Shown: positions 1 to 14,347 of the stretch, one piece after another
Numbering within the stretch: the stretch's first letter is position 1
How the letters are laid out: the number at the start of each line of letters is the position of its first letter
DNA from: Camelus dromedarius
Lineage: Eukaryota
Reading direction: 5' to 3'
DNA: 64,000 nt
Assembly: GCF_036321535.1 (NCBI RefSeq)
Contig: NC_087437.1
Span: 71,240,001 to 71,304,000 of the forward strand
The notes under the pieces: model-generated
What the model was told of the DNA's origin: nothing
What the model saw: the letters and a program-made list of their open reading frames with translations, nothing else
Database searches by the model: none
Made by a program: the position numbers and the translations under genes

Positions 1-2104
1 TTTAACTATTTAGTCTTCTTGTTATATTTACAGAAATATTTTTCTCTTTTCATACTGTCCAAATAATCCTCTCCTTGACAGTCAAAACCCCAGTGCATCT
101 TTTGGCTGTTTACACTGTGAAAACATGAAATTAACACATCCGGTAAATTTCATACTCCTTCTTCCTAAGCAGATTGATATAAATCAAATTTCACATTAAT
201 CAGACAGAGCAACATACATCTTCTAGCCTGTGGAAATTTATGATTTCCACTTACTTGAGTAAAATGCTGTAGGGCTTTTTTGTTTGTTTCACCATTTAAA
301 CATTGATATTTTTGGAGCTTTGTTCTTACTTGCATTGCTACCTGATTATTGTTCTGTTTCTTGTAAAATTTTTATTTTAAGGTTGTTCAGTCTCAGATAC
401 TTTCTTTTTCTCCATCAAAGTAAAATATTATATATAAATGTTAATTACCGCCTATATTGTGTTTTTATTATAAAAACCATCAGTCAATCACCAAGTATTT
501 ATTGAGTACCTATCATTGCATTAGAAAGAAGCACTTATATATAATGAGGTATACTGTTGGCAGAATTGCTCCTAGTGTTTATCCTGAATTTCATTATTTC
601 AGTTGACACTACTCTCACTAATTGTTTCACCCATCTCCTCTGACATAGGTTAAATTCTGTGACTCCAGAGTAGCCTCTTTCGACTTAAGGGTTTTAACTC
701 ATTAACGGATCCTAAAATCAGGCTCAAGATGAGGTGTATTTTTTAAAAAATAAAATAGATTAGAAAAGACATATCAGAGTACATCTCTGGTAGTAAGGGT
801 AAACACTGTTTGGTGAAACTTTTGTTTCAATTATATATACTTTTGTTTCATACACACACACAGATACCCATATAAACTTATATTCAGCCATAGAGTAGTA
901 CTTTTTTTTTTACTGTAAGTGCCACTCAAAAAGGGTTTAAAAGTCACTTAAGCTTTTAAGAATTGTAGAAATGTTCTCCTGACTTATTGACTTAAGAACG
1001 TTGTAATTTTTTATATGATCCTCAAAATTTCATGAGCTAAGAATTACATATGTTGAACAGAAATGGATATGCAAATAGTGTTATAGAGAACTTATTCAAG
1101 TCACCTTTACAAGATAAAATCAAGTAGGTGTCTAAACAATATTAGACTTTAAACCTCAAAACTGACCCCTGATGTGACATAAGTTCCAAGCTCTACTGCT
1201 CACTTCTTCAGAGATGATAATCATCCACTTACAGAATGATCTCAGAGACGTCTACTCTTGAATTCTCAGCTGGTACCACAAAAATCTCCTAATGGAGAGT
1301 CCCTTCAGGAGGGGAATGTAGCAGGTTGTTCCCAGCTCGATAATCAGTCATGTCCCCTAACATCATGAAATTTCCAGGAATCAAAAGGGGGTCTTCCTTA
1401 GGAAGAAAGTGAACCAGACTGCCTACTAGACTGTGATTGAGTTCCATGAGAGCAAGTGCCTTGTGTATGTTCTTCTCACATTTCTAGTGTTTAGTATCTT
1501 CATAAGGCAGTCCTTCATTCATTCAGTTTGTGGCTTTGGTAAATGAGTTCTTCTCTTTAGAGATTCTTTCTCTGATGAAGTCCTTCTTTGAAAAATCTAC
1601 CCTCATAATTTCATGTTGATTTGTATAAGTCTTATACTTACTTAACAAGTGAATTGTCAGTAATTAATTTTCATTCCTTTCTTTTTCTTGCAAACCTTTG
1701 TCTTCCTTAATTTGCAAGTATAGCTGAATGTCTCCCTCATGCATTCATATTTTTAAGAGTAGTTGTCTGTATACCTATTATTTCTGCTCCTTCCCCTCTA
1801 AAAGGTCTCAGAAACTGTTTTATGGTAATCAAACATTTTAATATGCCTTTGTGATGTGATAGACCAAAACAGTCACTCCTTCTGAGGCAATGCCTTGAGG
1901 TGCCAATGCCTTCTATGAGCAGACCCTTTGCATTAGGGAATTTTATAAAACGATTCCTCTGAGCTTAAAAAAAAAAAAAGGGATAAGCTGGAGTTAAGAT
2001 GGAGCATTTCTGGTACTCCTTTGGACTTGTGTTTCATTTATATTATCAACTAAAAAGCTGTAAATGACTTCTTTTTTTTTTAATGGAAGCGCTTTGTTGC
2101 TTAG

Positions 2105-2351
2105 AAAACAACAACTGGCCGCTGAGTATAACCGGAAACAAGTTCTCCAGTGCCACTTCACAGAATGGCAGCATTGGCATCGTGCAGAGATCCTGAAGAG
2201 AGAGCTGGCTGTAACAAAGGAGGAAACTAGGAAGAAAATGAATGAGTTGCTGAAGGCAGCATCACTAGGGAAACTCAGTGCAAACGTGTCATCAGGCACC
2301 AGTCTACTTGAGGAAGCAGCAGCCGTGGAGGAGCCACCTAGAAATGGAGAG
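2105..2351 (+). CDS. CCDC191: CCDC191 internal coding exon (upstream exons lie outside the window)
   Basis: Acceptor ttgcttAG (2103-2104) and donor GTgcat (2352). Translates KQQLAAEYNRKQVLQCHFTEWQHW...EEPPRNGE, matching remembered human KIAA1407. Confidence 0.9.
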
Positions 2352-3020
2352 GTGCATTGCTTTTCCTTTGCTTAGCCTTTCTGTTTATTGAACACTTGCA
2401 TTTGAGTTTTGCACTTGTGTAGCCTGGGGTATGTTAGCTGTTGTCAGGTCGCCTGGCCTGGGCTATCCAAAAGATGAGAGCTGCTACAGTACACAGATGT
2501 TACCTTTCAGTCAGTGCTGATTTTCTTGAACTGAGTCTTCTTTTATAATCCCACATAAACTTTGGTATAGTTGAAACTTGGTAGTAATGTAATATAGAGA
2601 GGGAATTTAAAACAGCTAAGTGAAAGATTCCTTCAGGAACAGATATGTAAAGCATTGTTTACCACTCTTGAAAGCCTCTTACTTGATCATCAGGCATTTC
2701 CTGTCTAAATAAGCTTGTGATTTATAAGAGGGGAATATTTAAGTTTTTATTTTCTTAATAAGAAAAATCGTATGTATTAATTGTAGCAATTTGGTAGGAG
2801 AAAATGACAGGAATAAAAAGAAAAATAGGCAATAATTCCATCATTTAGAGATACCGCCAAAAACATGTTGAAATGTAGCCATCTGGTCTTTTCTCTATTC
2901 AGGCATATGCAGGTTTTTCTCTTTTTATTGTATTTAGCTTTTACATTTTCTTCAGTCAAGTCATTGGGTATCTAATTTGATATAAGACAGGAAAAGGAAG
3001 TCCATTTATTTGTCATATTC

Positions 3021-3498
3021 TTTTTTTTAAATTGAAGTATAGCTTATTTACAATATTGTGTTTCAGATGTACAGGAAAGTGATTCAGTTTTATATATATA
3101 TACACACACATACACACACACACACATACATATATATTTCAGATTATTTCCCATTATAAGTTATTACAAAATATGGAATATAGTTCCCTGTGCTATGCAG
3201 TAAATCCTTGTTGCTTATTTGTTTTATGTATAGTAGTTTGTATCTGTTAATCCCATACTCCTAATTTATTACCAGCCCCTCTCCCTTTCCCCTTTGAGAA
3301 TCATAAGTTTGTTTTCTGTGACTGTGAGGCTATTTCTGTTTTGTATATAGATTCATTTGTATCATTTTTTAGATTCCACATATAAGTGATATTATGTTTT
3401 TTTCTGTCTTACTTCACTTAGTATAATATTCTCTTGGTCCATCCAAGTTGCTACAAATGGCAACATTGCATTCTTTTTTATGGCTGAGTAATATTCTG

Positions 3499-3545
<47 letters not shown>

Positions 3546-5325
3546 CTTAAACCAATTGCGTGTTGATGGACACTTGGATTGTTTCCATGTCTTGGCTATT
3601 GTAAATAGTGCTGCAGTGAACATTGTGCAAGTGTCTTTTTGAATTAGTTTTCATTTTTTCTGGCTATATGCCCAGAAGTGGGATTGCTAGATCATATGGT
3701 AGCTTTATTTTTAGTTTTTTTGAGAAACCTCCATTCTGTTTTCCATGGTGGCTGAACCAATTTACATTCCCACCAACAGTGTACGAGGACTCCCTTCTTC
3801 TTCGCAACCTCTCCAGCATTTATTTGTAGATTTTTTTGATGATAGCCACTCTGACCAGAGATGATACCTCATTGTGGTTTGGATTTGCATTTCTCTAATA
3901 GTGATGTTGAGCATCTTTTCATGGGCCTATTGGCCATCTGTCTGTCTTCTTAGGAGACATGTCTATTTAGGTCTTCTGCCTGTTTTTTGATTGGGTTGTT
4001 TGTTTTTTTGTTATTGAGTTATGTGAGCTGTTTGTATATTCTGGAAATTAAGCCCTTGTCAGTTGCATCATTTGCAAATATTTTCTCCCATTCCATAGGT
4101 TGTCTTTTTGTTTTGTTGATGGTTTCCTTTGCTACGCAAAAGCTTATAAGTTTGAATAGGTCCCATTTATTTATTTTTGCTTTTATTTCTTTTGCCTTGG
4201 GAAACTGATCTAAGAAAATACTGCTATGATTTAGGTCCAAGAATTGCCTATGTTCTTTTTTAGGAGTTTTATGGTGTCGTGTCTTATGTTTAAGTCTTTA
4301 AACCATTTTGAGTTTATCTTTATATATAATGTGAGGGAGTGTTCTAATCTCATTGATTTTCATGGAGCTGTCTAGCTTTCCCAACACTACGTACTTAAGA
4401 GACTCTTTTCTCTATTGGATGTGCTGCCTCTTTTGTCATAGATTAACTGACTGTAGGTATGTGGGTTTATTTCTGTGCTCTCTGTTCTGTTCCATTGATT
4501 TGTATGTCTCTTTTTGTGCCAGTACCATGCTGTTTTGATTACTGTAGCTTTGTAGTACAGTCTCAAGTCTGGAAGGGTTATGCCTCCAGCTTTGTTCTTT
4601 TTCCTCAGGACTGCTTGACAATTCTGGGTCTTCTGTGATTCCATATAAATATTAGGATTATTTGTTCTAGTTCTGTGAAAAGTGTCATGAGTATTTTGAT
4701 AGGATTGCATGAAATCTGTAGATTGCTTTGGATAGTATGGCCATTTTAACAATATTCTTCCAATCCAAGAGGATGGGATATCTTTCCATTTCTTTGAATC
4801 ACCTTAAGTTTCCTTTATCAGTGTTTTGTAGTTTTCAGAGTATAGGTCTTTCACCTCCTTGAATAAGTTTATTCCTAGATATTTTTTGATGTGATTTTAA
4901 ATGGGATTTGGCAGGGGGGAGGGGTATCTTTCTGATATTTCATTATTAGTGTAAATAAATGCAACAGATTTCTGTATATAGTAATCTTATATTCTGCTAC
5001 CTTGCTGAATTCATTTATTCCAATAGTTTTTGTGTGGAATCTTTAGGATTCTCTGTATAGAGAATCATGCCATCTACAACTACACAGTTTTACCTCTTCC
5101 CTTCCAATTTGGATACTTTTTACTTCTTTTTCTTGTTGATTGCTGTGGCTAGGACTTACAGTACAATTTGAATAGAAATAGTGAGAGTGGGTATCTTTGT
5201 CTTGTTTCTGAATTTATTGGGAAGGCTTTCAGCTTTTCACCATTGAGTATCATGTTGGCTGTGGGTTTGTTGTAAATTCCTTTAATGTGTTGAGATATGT
5301 TCTCTCTATACCAACTTTGGTAGGA
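3021..5325 (-). mobile_element. LINE-1 3' portion (ORF2 RT/C-terminus, 3'UTR, poly-A)
   Basis: ORF2 peptides [39 protein letters not shown] and MFTAALFTIAKTWKQ; T-run at 3021. Confidence 0.92.
3501..3540. repeat. (GT)20 microsatellite inside the L1
   Basis: Read directly. Confidence 0.95.
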
Positions 5326-5569
5326 GTGTATTTTTCTTTGTAATAATAATCGAATTCTTTTGTTTGTCTAAAATTATTTTCTGCAATATAACATGAGAAT
5401 TTTCTATGTCACTAAGTCTACTTCTGCAACAGTAGTTCTCAGGTGACAGTATACTACAGAATCAGACCTACTATATCAATTTCTGGGTGGGGGGCACCAT
5501 ATTTTTTTTTAAAGTTCCATAGGTGAACCTGATGAATAACTCCTGATTAAGGACAGCCATCCAGCGCCA

Positions 5570-6230
5570 CCCTTTTTAATGGCTGCGTGATATTCTGTCA
5601 TGAACCACAAGCTAGAATCTGTGTACCTCCTTCTCTGTTGCTGGACATTTAAGTTGTTTCCAGTTTGTCACTATTACAAACAAAGCTTTAGTGAATAAGT
5701 AACTACGTCTTTGCACCCATCCATAAGGCTTCTCTTAGGATAAATACCTAAAAATAGAGTGTATATTTTAAGAACTTATACCAAATTGCCCTTCCAGAAA
5801 GGTTGTACCAAAGAAGTGCCTGTTTTCCTGCCTGATAACATATTTATCATTTTTGCCAAGTTGACAGGTAGAATGTTTTTCATATTATTATTGCTTCGAC
5901 ATTTACTTTTTCTTATTACTAGTGAGGTTAAACACTTTAATATTGGCCATTTACATATATCATGTATATATCTGAAAATGGGTATGGAAAGATGAATAAT
6001 GACTTGTCTCATCATGCCTTTTGTACATTTTTCTACTTGAATATTTATCTTTTTCTTATTTATAGGAGCTCTTTATATTTTTAAGACTATTGACTTATTA
6101 TATACTTTATAATTTTTTCATTTTGTTTTGTCTTTTTGGTTAATTTATGGTTTGGGGTATTATACACATTTTTATACAGTCAGTTCTATGTTTTTTCTTT
6201 CATAATTGCATTTGGCATGTTTGAAAAGCC
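5570..6230 (-). mobile_element. Old L1 (L1M-type) 3' fragment
   Basis: Degenerate L1 motifs (ggacatttaagttgtttccagttt; ataccaaattgcccttccagaaaggttgtacc). Confidence 0.6.
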
Positions 6231-8350
6231 TTTTGGAGAAGGTCCTCTGCCCCCTCACCTCCACCCCAGGCCCCTTCCATCCCTCCACATGGTACTGCTA
6301 GTACCTAACTCAGATGTGTGAAGTTAAACTGGGCACTGGAGGGTCCCCAGCGTTGGTTTTTATTCTGAGTACTGCCAGCAAGTAGGCTGGTTTTAATTTA
6401 AGCCTAGTCTCTCAGCAAAGGGGGATCATGAGGATACTTCTTTGGACTTACATAACATTTGGTCCCTTCCCATAGGCAATTTATCCTTCTTTATGTCAGT
6501 TAGATAACCTTGTTTCCATTGAGACCCAAGAGAATCTTCTATCTTAGGAAAAATCTGTCTGAAACCTTTTACTTAACAAAGTTCCACTGTTATTTTTAAA
6601 TGGAAAAAAGTAAGCAGAAAATCTTTTGTTATCTGCATAAACCAGAAAAATTACTCTGTCTATATATATATATATATTAGATAGATACACATATATATAA
6701 TGTAGAATCAAGAAAAAAGGCTCCAAATCTCTGAAATCAAGAACAAAAGATTTTATCAAGAAAGGATAATATTGTAAAAAATAGAGCAAATGAAAATAAA
6801 AGGCTATACTAAGACTCTGTAGGTTATTAAACTCTAATCTTGTCCAGAGCATATAATATAAAGTAAACAAATGAATATATAAAATCTATAGTTAGATGCT
6901 CATTAATTATACAGTCACAGAAACTCATGTACCATGCACACATATATTCTATCTTGAATTTTTTTTAATTATCAGTTAGCTAATAGGTGGTTTTCTCCAA
7001 TTAACTCAAGCTGTTCAATCCTGTTATACTAAGTACAATTTGTACCATTAAGCTTTTCTTTCATTCTCTTACTGTAACCTTAAAAAGTTACCATGATCCA
7101 AAAGAAATCTTGTTGCTGTATTCAAAAGGCTTTTATATAGTCTTGCTAGGTTAATAATGTATCATTACCACAGAATTTAAAAGGGCCTAAAACATATACA
7201 CTGCTTGATGCTAAATTGCTTAAGCAGGTGTTCTCATGAATAAATGTCCACTGACATTTGTGAAATAGAAGGCTATTTTTTAAAGTATTTAACATTTCAG
7301 AGTTTCCATATATCACATCTTTTACTTTGGCTGAGTCTATAGACAGTATTTCCATCATCATGAAAAACATCTTTGAGTTCCCAAGTATGGCACCCTGTTA
7401 GAGCGAAAAACTTCTAAGATATAAGGTAGTTCACAGTATTTTTCTCTTTGCACCACTGCAGATGGCAGAATTAAAAACTTACCAGACCTTAGTCCGTGGA
7501 ATCAAACCATTCTAGAAGAGACATTTTAACTGTGACATTATTTTAGCCAGGATAAGTTTTTCTGATTAAGAATTCTGTTTCTTTCCCCTTCGTATAGAAT
7601 TTGTAATTGAGTGTGATACCTCAGTCTGTTGAATGAGACTTGCATGATGAAGACTTGAAAACTGTTAAGCCATATACTAATACAAAATATAATTAGATAG
7701 CATTATTCTTATGTACTGCAGATATTTGCCCAGTGATCTTGGGCTTACAAATATTTCCCACAAATAGATTGTCTGGGAATAGCTGAAGATGGTAAACTTT
7801 AATCCAGGCTTTGATCCTGAAATAGACAAGTACCCTGTGATTAGTTTACTGGTGGCAAGAGATGCATTGAAAGAAGTGTTATTAAAGAGCTATTATTACC
7901 ATTAAAGAGCTATTACTGATTTGTAATTATTCCTTAGTTTTCAGACATTCTTGAGAAAGACTCTATCCTTTGCCACAATATTTTCAGCTTCCTGCAGAAT
8001 TCAGAGTCAATTCATGCAGATTAAACTCCTGTATAATATATATCTGGAGTAACCTTGCATAATTCACAAATGATCTGTCCAAATGAGATATTTCTAAGAG
8101 TACATTTTTCTGATTACAAATATCCTAACCATGGTAGTGGTTTATTCAGCTGAACCCACTCTCCTACCCAGCTTTTGTGGTGAGCAGCAGTGCACGTTCT
8201 AAGAGTGATGCGCAGGACTAAGGCTGGTGGCCTCTGGCCGGGTTGCAGGGCAGTTATGCCATTGAACAAAACAGTGCTCAGTAGGTGGATTGGGTCTCAT
8301 CAGCACAGTCCTTTAAATAGCTGAGCTGTAACACGTTCCTTCTCTCTTAG

Positions 8351-8799
8351 GTGGCTGCCGTGCCCTCTTTGTGGGAAAAGCCTGCCTCAGGGAGCAGTGG
8401 TTGTATGTCTAGCCCTGACCTGGGAAGATCAGCAAAGAGTGTCTTGCAGGTTCCCCTCCAGAATGTCCGTCTGGATACATCTGACGATAAGCCGCTCGAG
8501 ACTCTAGACGTTGAGCCCTCCCAACGGCCTGGCAGCAACGAGAAGCTCAGAACCAGCAGCCAGAAAGCAGAACCTATTTGCATGGGTCATTTCCACAACC
8601 GCCATATCTTCCAGCAACAGCTGATTGAAAAGCAGAAGAAGAAACTCCAGGAACAGCAGAAAACAATTCTGGAGTTGAAGGAAAGCCAGCGGCTGGCAGA
8701 GGCTCGGTGGGCAGCAGAGCATGCTGACACCCAGAGCTGCCTGCTGTCATGCCCGAGAGGAGAAGAGGAACCAAAAAGAACCTGCCAGGTGCTTCCAAA
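8351..8799 (+). CDS. CCDC191: CCDC191 coding exon
   Basis: Acceptor tctctcttAG and donor GTatgt (8800). Translates VAAVPSLWEKP...HFHNRHIFQQQLIEKQKKKLQEQQ...CQVLP, in phase with both neighbours. Confidence 0.93.
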
Positions 8800-9584
8800 G
8801 TATGTCCGTTGTATCAGAACACTCTTGGTACTCATTCTTTGGGGTTTTCCACTTTGTGGTCAAAAGGCTCCTGAACTTTGCCCAGCTTCCAGAATCCATA
8901 ATCTCTCCTTTTCTTTTATTGTGCAGTCACAAAACAGAAGTCTCATACATTGTGATTGGTATGACAGGGACAAACAAGTATTTAAGGCAAGGGGCTGCTT
9001 ATAAATAAGGATCCAGTTGTACAGTTAGCATTTGCATTGTGGCTGCCTTTGTCTAAGGAGTTCTGTCACTATTCCTCCAGGAAAAAAGAAAAATGCTTAC
9101 TTGCTCTAACTTGATTTCTGAGTTTCTGATTATATTTAGGGCTGAGAAGCCAGGTCGGACAATATCAGGTCCAAATGGAGCAGCCCTTGGGGATGGCCAA
9201 TTACCTCACTTAAGTTTGTAGTTGTTTTGATCAAAAGTAAGCATCTTTGAGCCTAAAATAAGAGCCCAAATTTCTCAAAAGCCACTGAAGATGGTTTTAG
9301 AGGTACTTGTGACATACTCGATACGTATGAGAGGATAAGAAGTGGGTGGTACCTATTGATTTGAAGCAATGGGATGGGAGTCAGAAAGCCTGACTCACAT
9401 TGTAGATGCAGGCCAATCACTCAACCTTTCCATGCCTTATTATACTAATTTATCGAATGGGTATAATAATACTCTCAGAGAGTAAGGATTAATTAAAGTT
9501 TGTAACATGCTTTGAGTTCCTCAGGTGCAAGGACTTTGAATGAGCTGGTGATTGGTCTAAATTCTTTTCCCTTTTTTTTCCCAG

Positions 9585-9697
9585 TTCACCTGTTGCCTCC
9601 CCTGGGACTGAAGGTGGTAGAAGTGACTCCCGAAATTCTCTTTCTGGACCCAGAAGGAACCGGAGGCAGCTGATGGCACCTCACCCCATACTGAAAG
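9585..9697 (+). CDS. CCDC191: CCDC191 coding exon with a probable GC donor
   Basis: Acceptor ttttttttcccAG. Translates (N)SPVASPGTEGGRSDSRNSLSGPRRNRRQLMAPHPILK. The in-frame join to the next exon uses AAG|GCaggg. Confidence 0.85.
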
Positions 9698-11693
9698 GCA
9701 GGGCTATCTTGGTGGGGCCTTGGGGATGGTTATCTTTCCTCCTGGAGTAGAATGTGCTGGGACTGAACCTTCTTGGGTTTGGAGACTTGGCAGAACTCGG
9801 TCAAAGTCTAAAATGAGTAGACATGTGAGGAGTGGATACACCAGAGAGCACCATGACTTTCTTCCTGCCCTTTCTGCCGAATTTTTTGTCCTTTCCAGCC
9901 AACAAAAAAACAAAAAACAAGAAACAAAAAAACAAACACGCTGAAAGGCTTTATAATTTTTGTATAATTTGAGATTTGGACGTGAGTTAAAAAAGGGCAA
10001 ATTACACAAATGAGAAAACTGAGTAGCTGCTAAGAATAAACACTGATAAAGATCACCTGTCATTGTACTTTGTGAATGTTAAAATATTGACCAGTTTACA
10101 GCAATCCACATCAAGTAATTACATCATTTTGTCATGAGTTGTGCCTTGATGATAGGCTTTTGAAATGAAATCTACAAGCCAGACATTTTAAGAACATTTT
10201 TGATGTGCATAGAAATCCTTATTAAACCAAACAGTACTATGAGAAGAAAAGCATTCCTTAGAACCCACCTAGTGAATCTGCTAATTGTTCTCACTATGTA
10301 CTTAGCCATGCACTGAACATTTGTTTATATGTAGTGGTAGGCACTTTCACTGTTATACTGTGGTTTGTAAATCTGATTTTTAACCTATGGCAAGATTGCT
10401 GCCCTAACAGGAAGTGATGAGGACACTGTGCCTGAAGTCCATTCCTATTAGTGAAGAAATTAGCATGCTTTGTATTGACTCTCTGCCAAGTTCAGCAGTT
10501 TATGCCATCTTTGCCCACCACTGAGGATGGTCAGGAAATGCTCAGTTTGGTGTGATTTTTTTTATACTTGATTGATCAAAGAGTTAGTAAATTTTGGAAC
10601 ACCAGGCTACTTTTCAAGTAGTCTTTGATGACTAGCTCTAGGAAAGGTGAGAAAAAGTCATATTGCTACAGACTCTGCTTTTCAGGGCTCTCGCAGTTTA
10701 ATCCTCTAGTCTATTTCTGCCTCCAGAGACCGTCTCATTCCCGCCATCTGTGGCACCCCCACTGTTCTTTCTCCAGCAAAGTAGACACTTAATATCTGTA
10801 AGAAATAGCCTGGCAAGTTTTTTGATTACTTCTTGAAACTTGGACTTAAATTTTCCTCTCTGTAAATTAGCACAAGGAACTGAAAGTAACCATTGGCTGA
10901 CTTACGGGAGCAGAACTTGGTACCCCTCCCACCCACGCCCCTTTGCCTGTGAAACCCCAACTGATGACAGAGTCATATTATCAGGCCATCTTGCACATTT
11001 GCTTCTTTTGGATCGATATTTAATAGACTGTCAAGAACAGGAGTCTGACACTCAAATTCATTCAGATGCCAGTTCTCAGATGCCTAATACAATTCCATTT
11101 CCTGCCCATCTGGATATCCAAGCCTTAAAACTAGTTTGAAATGTAATCGTCATGACCCCAAACTTCAGTTTGGTGGTGGTGGTTGTTGCATATACAGATA
11201 TATATATATATATGCAGTGACTTAGGGAAAAGTAGCAAACTCAGTGGGATTTGAGGAGTGATTCTATTCTCAAAGTATTTGTTAGATGTAATTAAAGTTT
11301 TCTATTTTCATTAAAGGAACTATCAAGTTAAAATTCTGGTTTCTGGGTTTCACATACTAAAAGTATCATCAAGGCACATAATCTTAATATTTAAAGCAGT
11401 AAACGGTTATTCTAATAGATGTGAACAAAAACATAATTGCAAATTGTTCATCATTGTGGAGGATAGGATTGTAGGTCTTTAACCTGTAGGAGGTGTGTAT
11501 GTGTATACCTACAATTTCTACATTTATATTTTTATATAAATTTTATGCACACACATATATGTTTCTGAGATTGTGAACTCTCAACCTAAAAGAAGACTTC
11601 AACAGTAACACTAAACTGTTCTGTAAAATGGAGATGTTTCTTTTACAGTGTTCCTTATATTTTTTATATTGGAACTCTGTTACTATTTTCTAG

Positions 11694-11776
11694 CAATGGA
11701 AGAGAGAGCAGTTCAGCGAGCTGAACGTAGGCGAATCTTGGCAGAGAGGAAGAAAAAACAAGAAGAGGAGAAACTG
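11694..11776 (+). CDS. CCDC191: CCDC191 coding exon
   Basis: Acceptor ttttctAG and donor GTaata. Translates (A)MEERAVQRAERRRILAERKKKQEEEKL. Confidence 0.92.
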
Positions 11777-12501
11777 GTAATAAGTCAAGAATGCAAACTG
11801 AGGCAAGAAAAAGGATTTGTATAGGTCTATATTAAAAAATGAGACCTAGCTTGTTTTAAGGTTGCTAAGGAAGTAGAGTAACACCAGCTTTGGAAATGGC
11901 TCTTTGCCTCCTGGCCTGAGCTCTGTGATGAAAGGGGAAACGTCAGCATCATTAGTATAGCAGGAAGGAAATGCGACGAAAGTCGATGGGAGCCAGCAAC
12001 TTGGAAGATTTATGCATAACCAAGACTAACGTGTTATAGGTAGGTGGTCAACCTGATAAGTTTACAAAGGTGGGTAATTCTTACCTTTCAAAGTTTTGAC
12101 CCGGACTACCAGAAGTAAATGTTGTACCTTCTAAGAAAAAATAAACATTTCTAACAGTTAGGGGGTTTTTGTGTGTGTGTGAAATGGAAGGAAATTTTTT
12201 CTTATACTGTATATAGTTTGGATCTAGTGTTTCACAGATGAAAATAAGAACTAAAAAGTAATCATTTTATGATGGAAAGTTAATGGTCTTATTCATGTTT
12301 AGTGTCATCTTCCCAAGTAGAGAAGGATTCTTTTGGAGAAACATTTAAGTTATAGGTCAGGTTTTCTACGTTTAATACAAAGTGCAGGCTTCTTCCAGAG
12401 ACTGGGTGAGCACTTTTGTAGATACTTCCCTCAGCGTAAAAGATCTTATTTCCATACAATACGAGAGGGTTCTGATTTTTACAAATTCTAATCTTGATCA
12501 G

Positions 12502-12603
12502 GCCCAGTTAAAAGCCCAAGAGGAGGAGCGTCAGAAAAGAGAAGCAGAAGAAAAGGAGGCTCAGCTTGAGAAAAAACGAGAGGAGAAAAGACTGAAGAAA
12601 ATG
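12502..12603 (+). CDS. CCDC191: CCDC191 coding exon
   Basis: Acceptor ttgatcAG and donor GTtagt. Translates AQLKAQEEERQKREAEEKEAQLEKKREEKRLKKM (102 nt, phase 0). Confidence 0.92.
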
Positions 12604-13099
12604 GTTAGTATTGTCTCTTTGCTCAGTCGCCTGCTCCTTGAAGCCTGTTGTGTGCAATACTGTGGTCCTGTGCACCTTCCCTCCTGAGAACTTCTGTCTA
12701 GAACACTCTTCTCTCACCTCCCCCCTCTTCTCTACCTACTTAATGAAAACCTACTCTTTCCTCAGATCTTAGCTCAACATGATTAGCCTTTCCTGCCTTG
12801 CCCCACCCTCCTCAATACGCAAGGTTAGGTTAGGACTCAGAGTCTATTTCCTTCAAAGCATTACCGGGGCTTATAGTTATGTATCTGTTTCTTTGTTGTT
12901 TTATTCATTTCTGAATCCGCAAATAGACTGTAACCTCCTTAAGAGTAAAGGGAGCATTCTGATGTTGCTCACTGTTGTATTAGCTAGAAATGCACCTGGC
13001 ATATCATAGGAACTCAGAAAGCGTACTGAATGAGTAGATGAATGAACAAATGGGAGAAAATACAGAAGAAATAAGAGATAAAATTCTTTTCTTTTTCAT

Positions 13100-13686
13100 G
13101 ATTTTTTTTTGAAGTATAGTCAGTTACAATGGTCAGTTTCTGGTGTACAGCATAGTGTCCTAGTCATGCATGCATATATATACATGTTTTTGTTTTTATA
13201 TTCTTTTTCATTAAAGGTTATTATTACAAGATGTTGAATATAATTCCCTGTGCTATACAGAAAAATTTGGTTTTTATCTATTTTTATATAGAGAGGTTAT
13301 CATTTGCAAATCTCAAGCTCCCAAATTTATCCCTTCCCACCCCCTTTCCCTCGGTAACCATAGATTGTTTACTTTTACTATCTCTTTGAGTCTGTAGGTG
13401 AGTTCATTAGTGTCATCTTTTTTCCTTTTTTTTTTTTTAGATTCCACATATGAGTAATATCATATGGTATTTTTCTTTCTCTTTCTGGCTTACTTCACTT
13501 AGAATGACAATCTCCAGGTCCATCCATGTTGCTGCAAATGACATTATTTTACTCTTTTTTTTAAATCACTGAGCAGTATTTCATTGTATCGGTATGCCGT
13601 AACTTCTTTATCCAGTCGTCTGTCGATGGACATTTAGATTGCTTCCATGTCTTGGCTGTTGTAAATAGTGCTGCTATGAACATTGG
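13100..13686 (-). mobile_element. 5'-truncated LINE-1 3' end
   Basis: L1 3'UTR motifs shared with the copies at 3.0 and 23.8 kb; aaaattctt on both flanks as a possible TSD. Confidence 0.88.
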
Positions 13687-13869
13687 AGAAAATTCTTACT
13701 TTCAAGGTTATTAAATCTAGGTAGAAAGGAAGGTAAGATCTAAAAATATACACCTGTCTTGTGCCTCCCAGAGACCAAAAGAGGACAAGAAGTTCACACA
13801 GGACTAGATCCATGAGGATTTTGGAGAAATTAGAGATATTTTCATAGAAAAGAGATTTGAATTGGAAAT

Positions 13870-14347
13870 TGTGTTAGTCAGGGTTCTCCGGAAAAACAGA
13901 GCCAATAAACTGTATGTATAGGAAGAGATTTATTATGAAGAACTGGCTCATAGGCTTATGGAGGCTGAGAAGTCCCAGGATCTGCTATCTGTAAGCTGGA
14001 GACCCAGGAAAGCCAGAGGTGTAGTTCCAGTCCAAGTCCAAAGGCCTGAAACCAGGGCAGCTGATGGTATAAATCCCAGTTCAGGGCAGGAGAAGACCAA
14101 TGTCCCAGCTCAGCAGGCAGCCGGGAAGCATAAAACAAGCAAATTCCTCTCTTCTCTGCCTTTTTGCCCTCTTCAGGCCCTCAAGGATTTGATAATGCCA
14201 GTACACATTTGGCAGGACAGTCTACTTTACTGAGTCCGTGGATTCAAAGGCTAATCTCATCTGGAAACACCCTCACACACACTCAGAAATGTTTAATGTG
14301 GGCACCATGTTGGCACAATCAAGTTGACACATAAAATTAAAATCACA
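13870..14347 (-). mobile_element. MLT2-type ERV-L LTR
   Basis: TG...CA termini; begins tgtgattttaattttatgtgtcaacttg on -, typical of MLT2. Confidence 0.8.

Noticed and set aside
7881..7915. Direct repeat attaaagagctatta x2 (a similar short duplication lies at 43950-43999)
   Set aside because: Two-copy slippage duplications, not a CRISPR-like or functional array.
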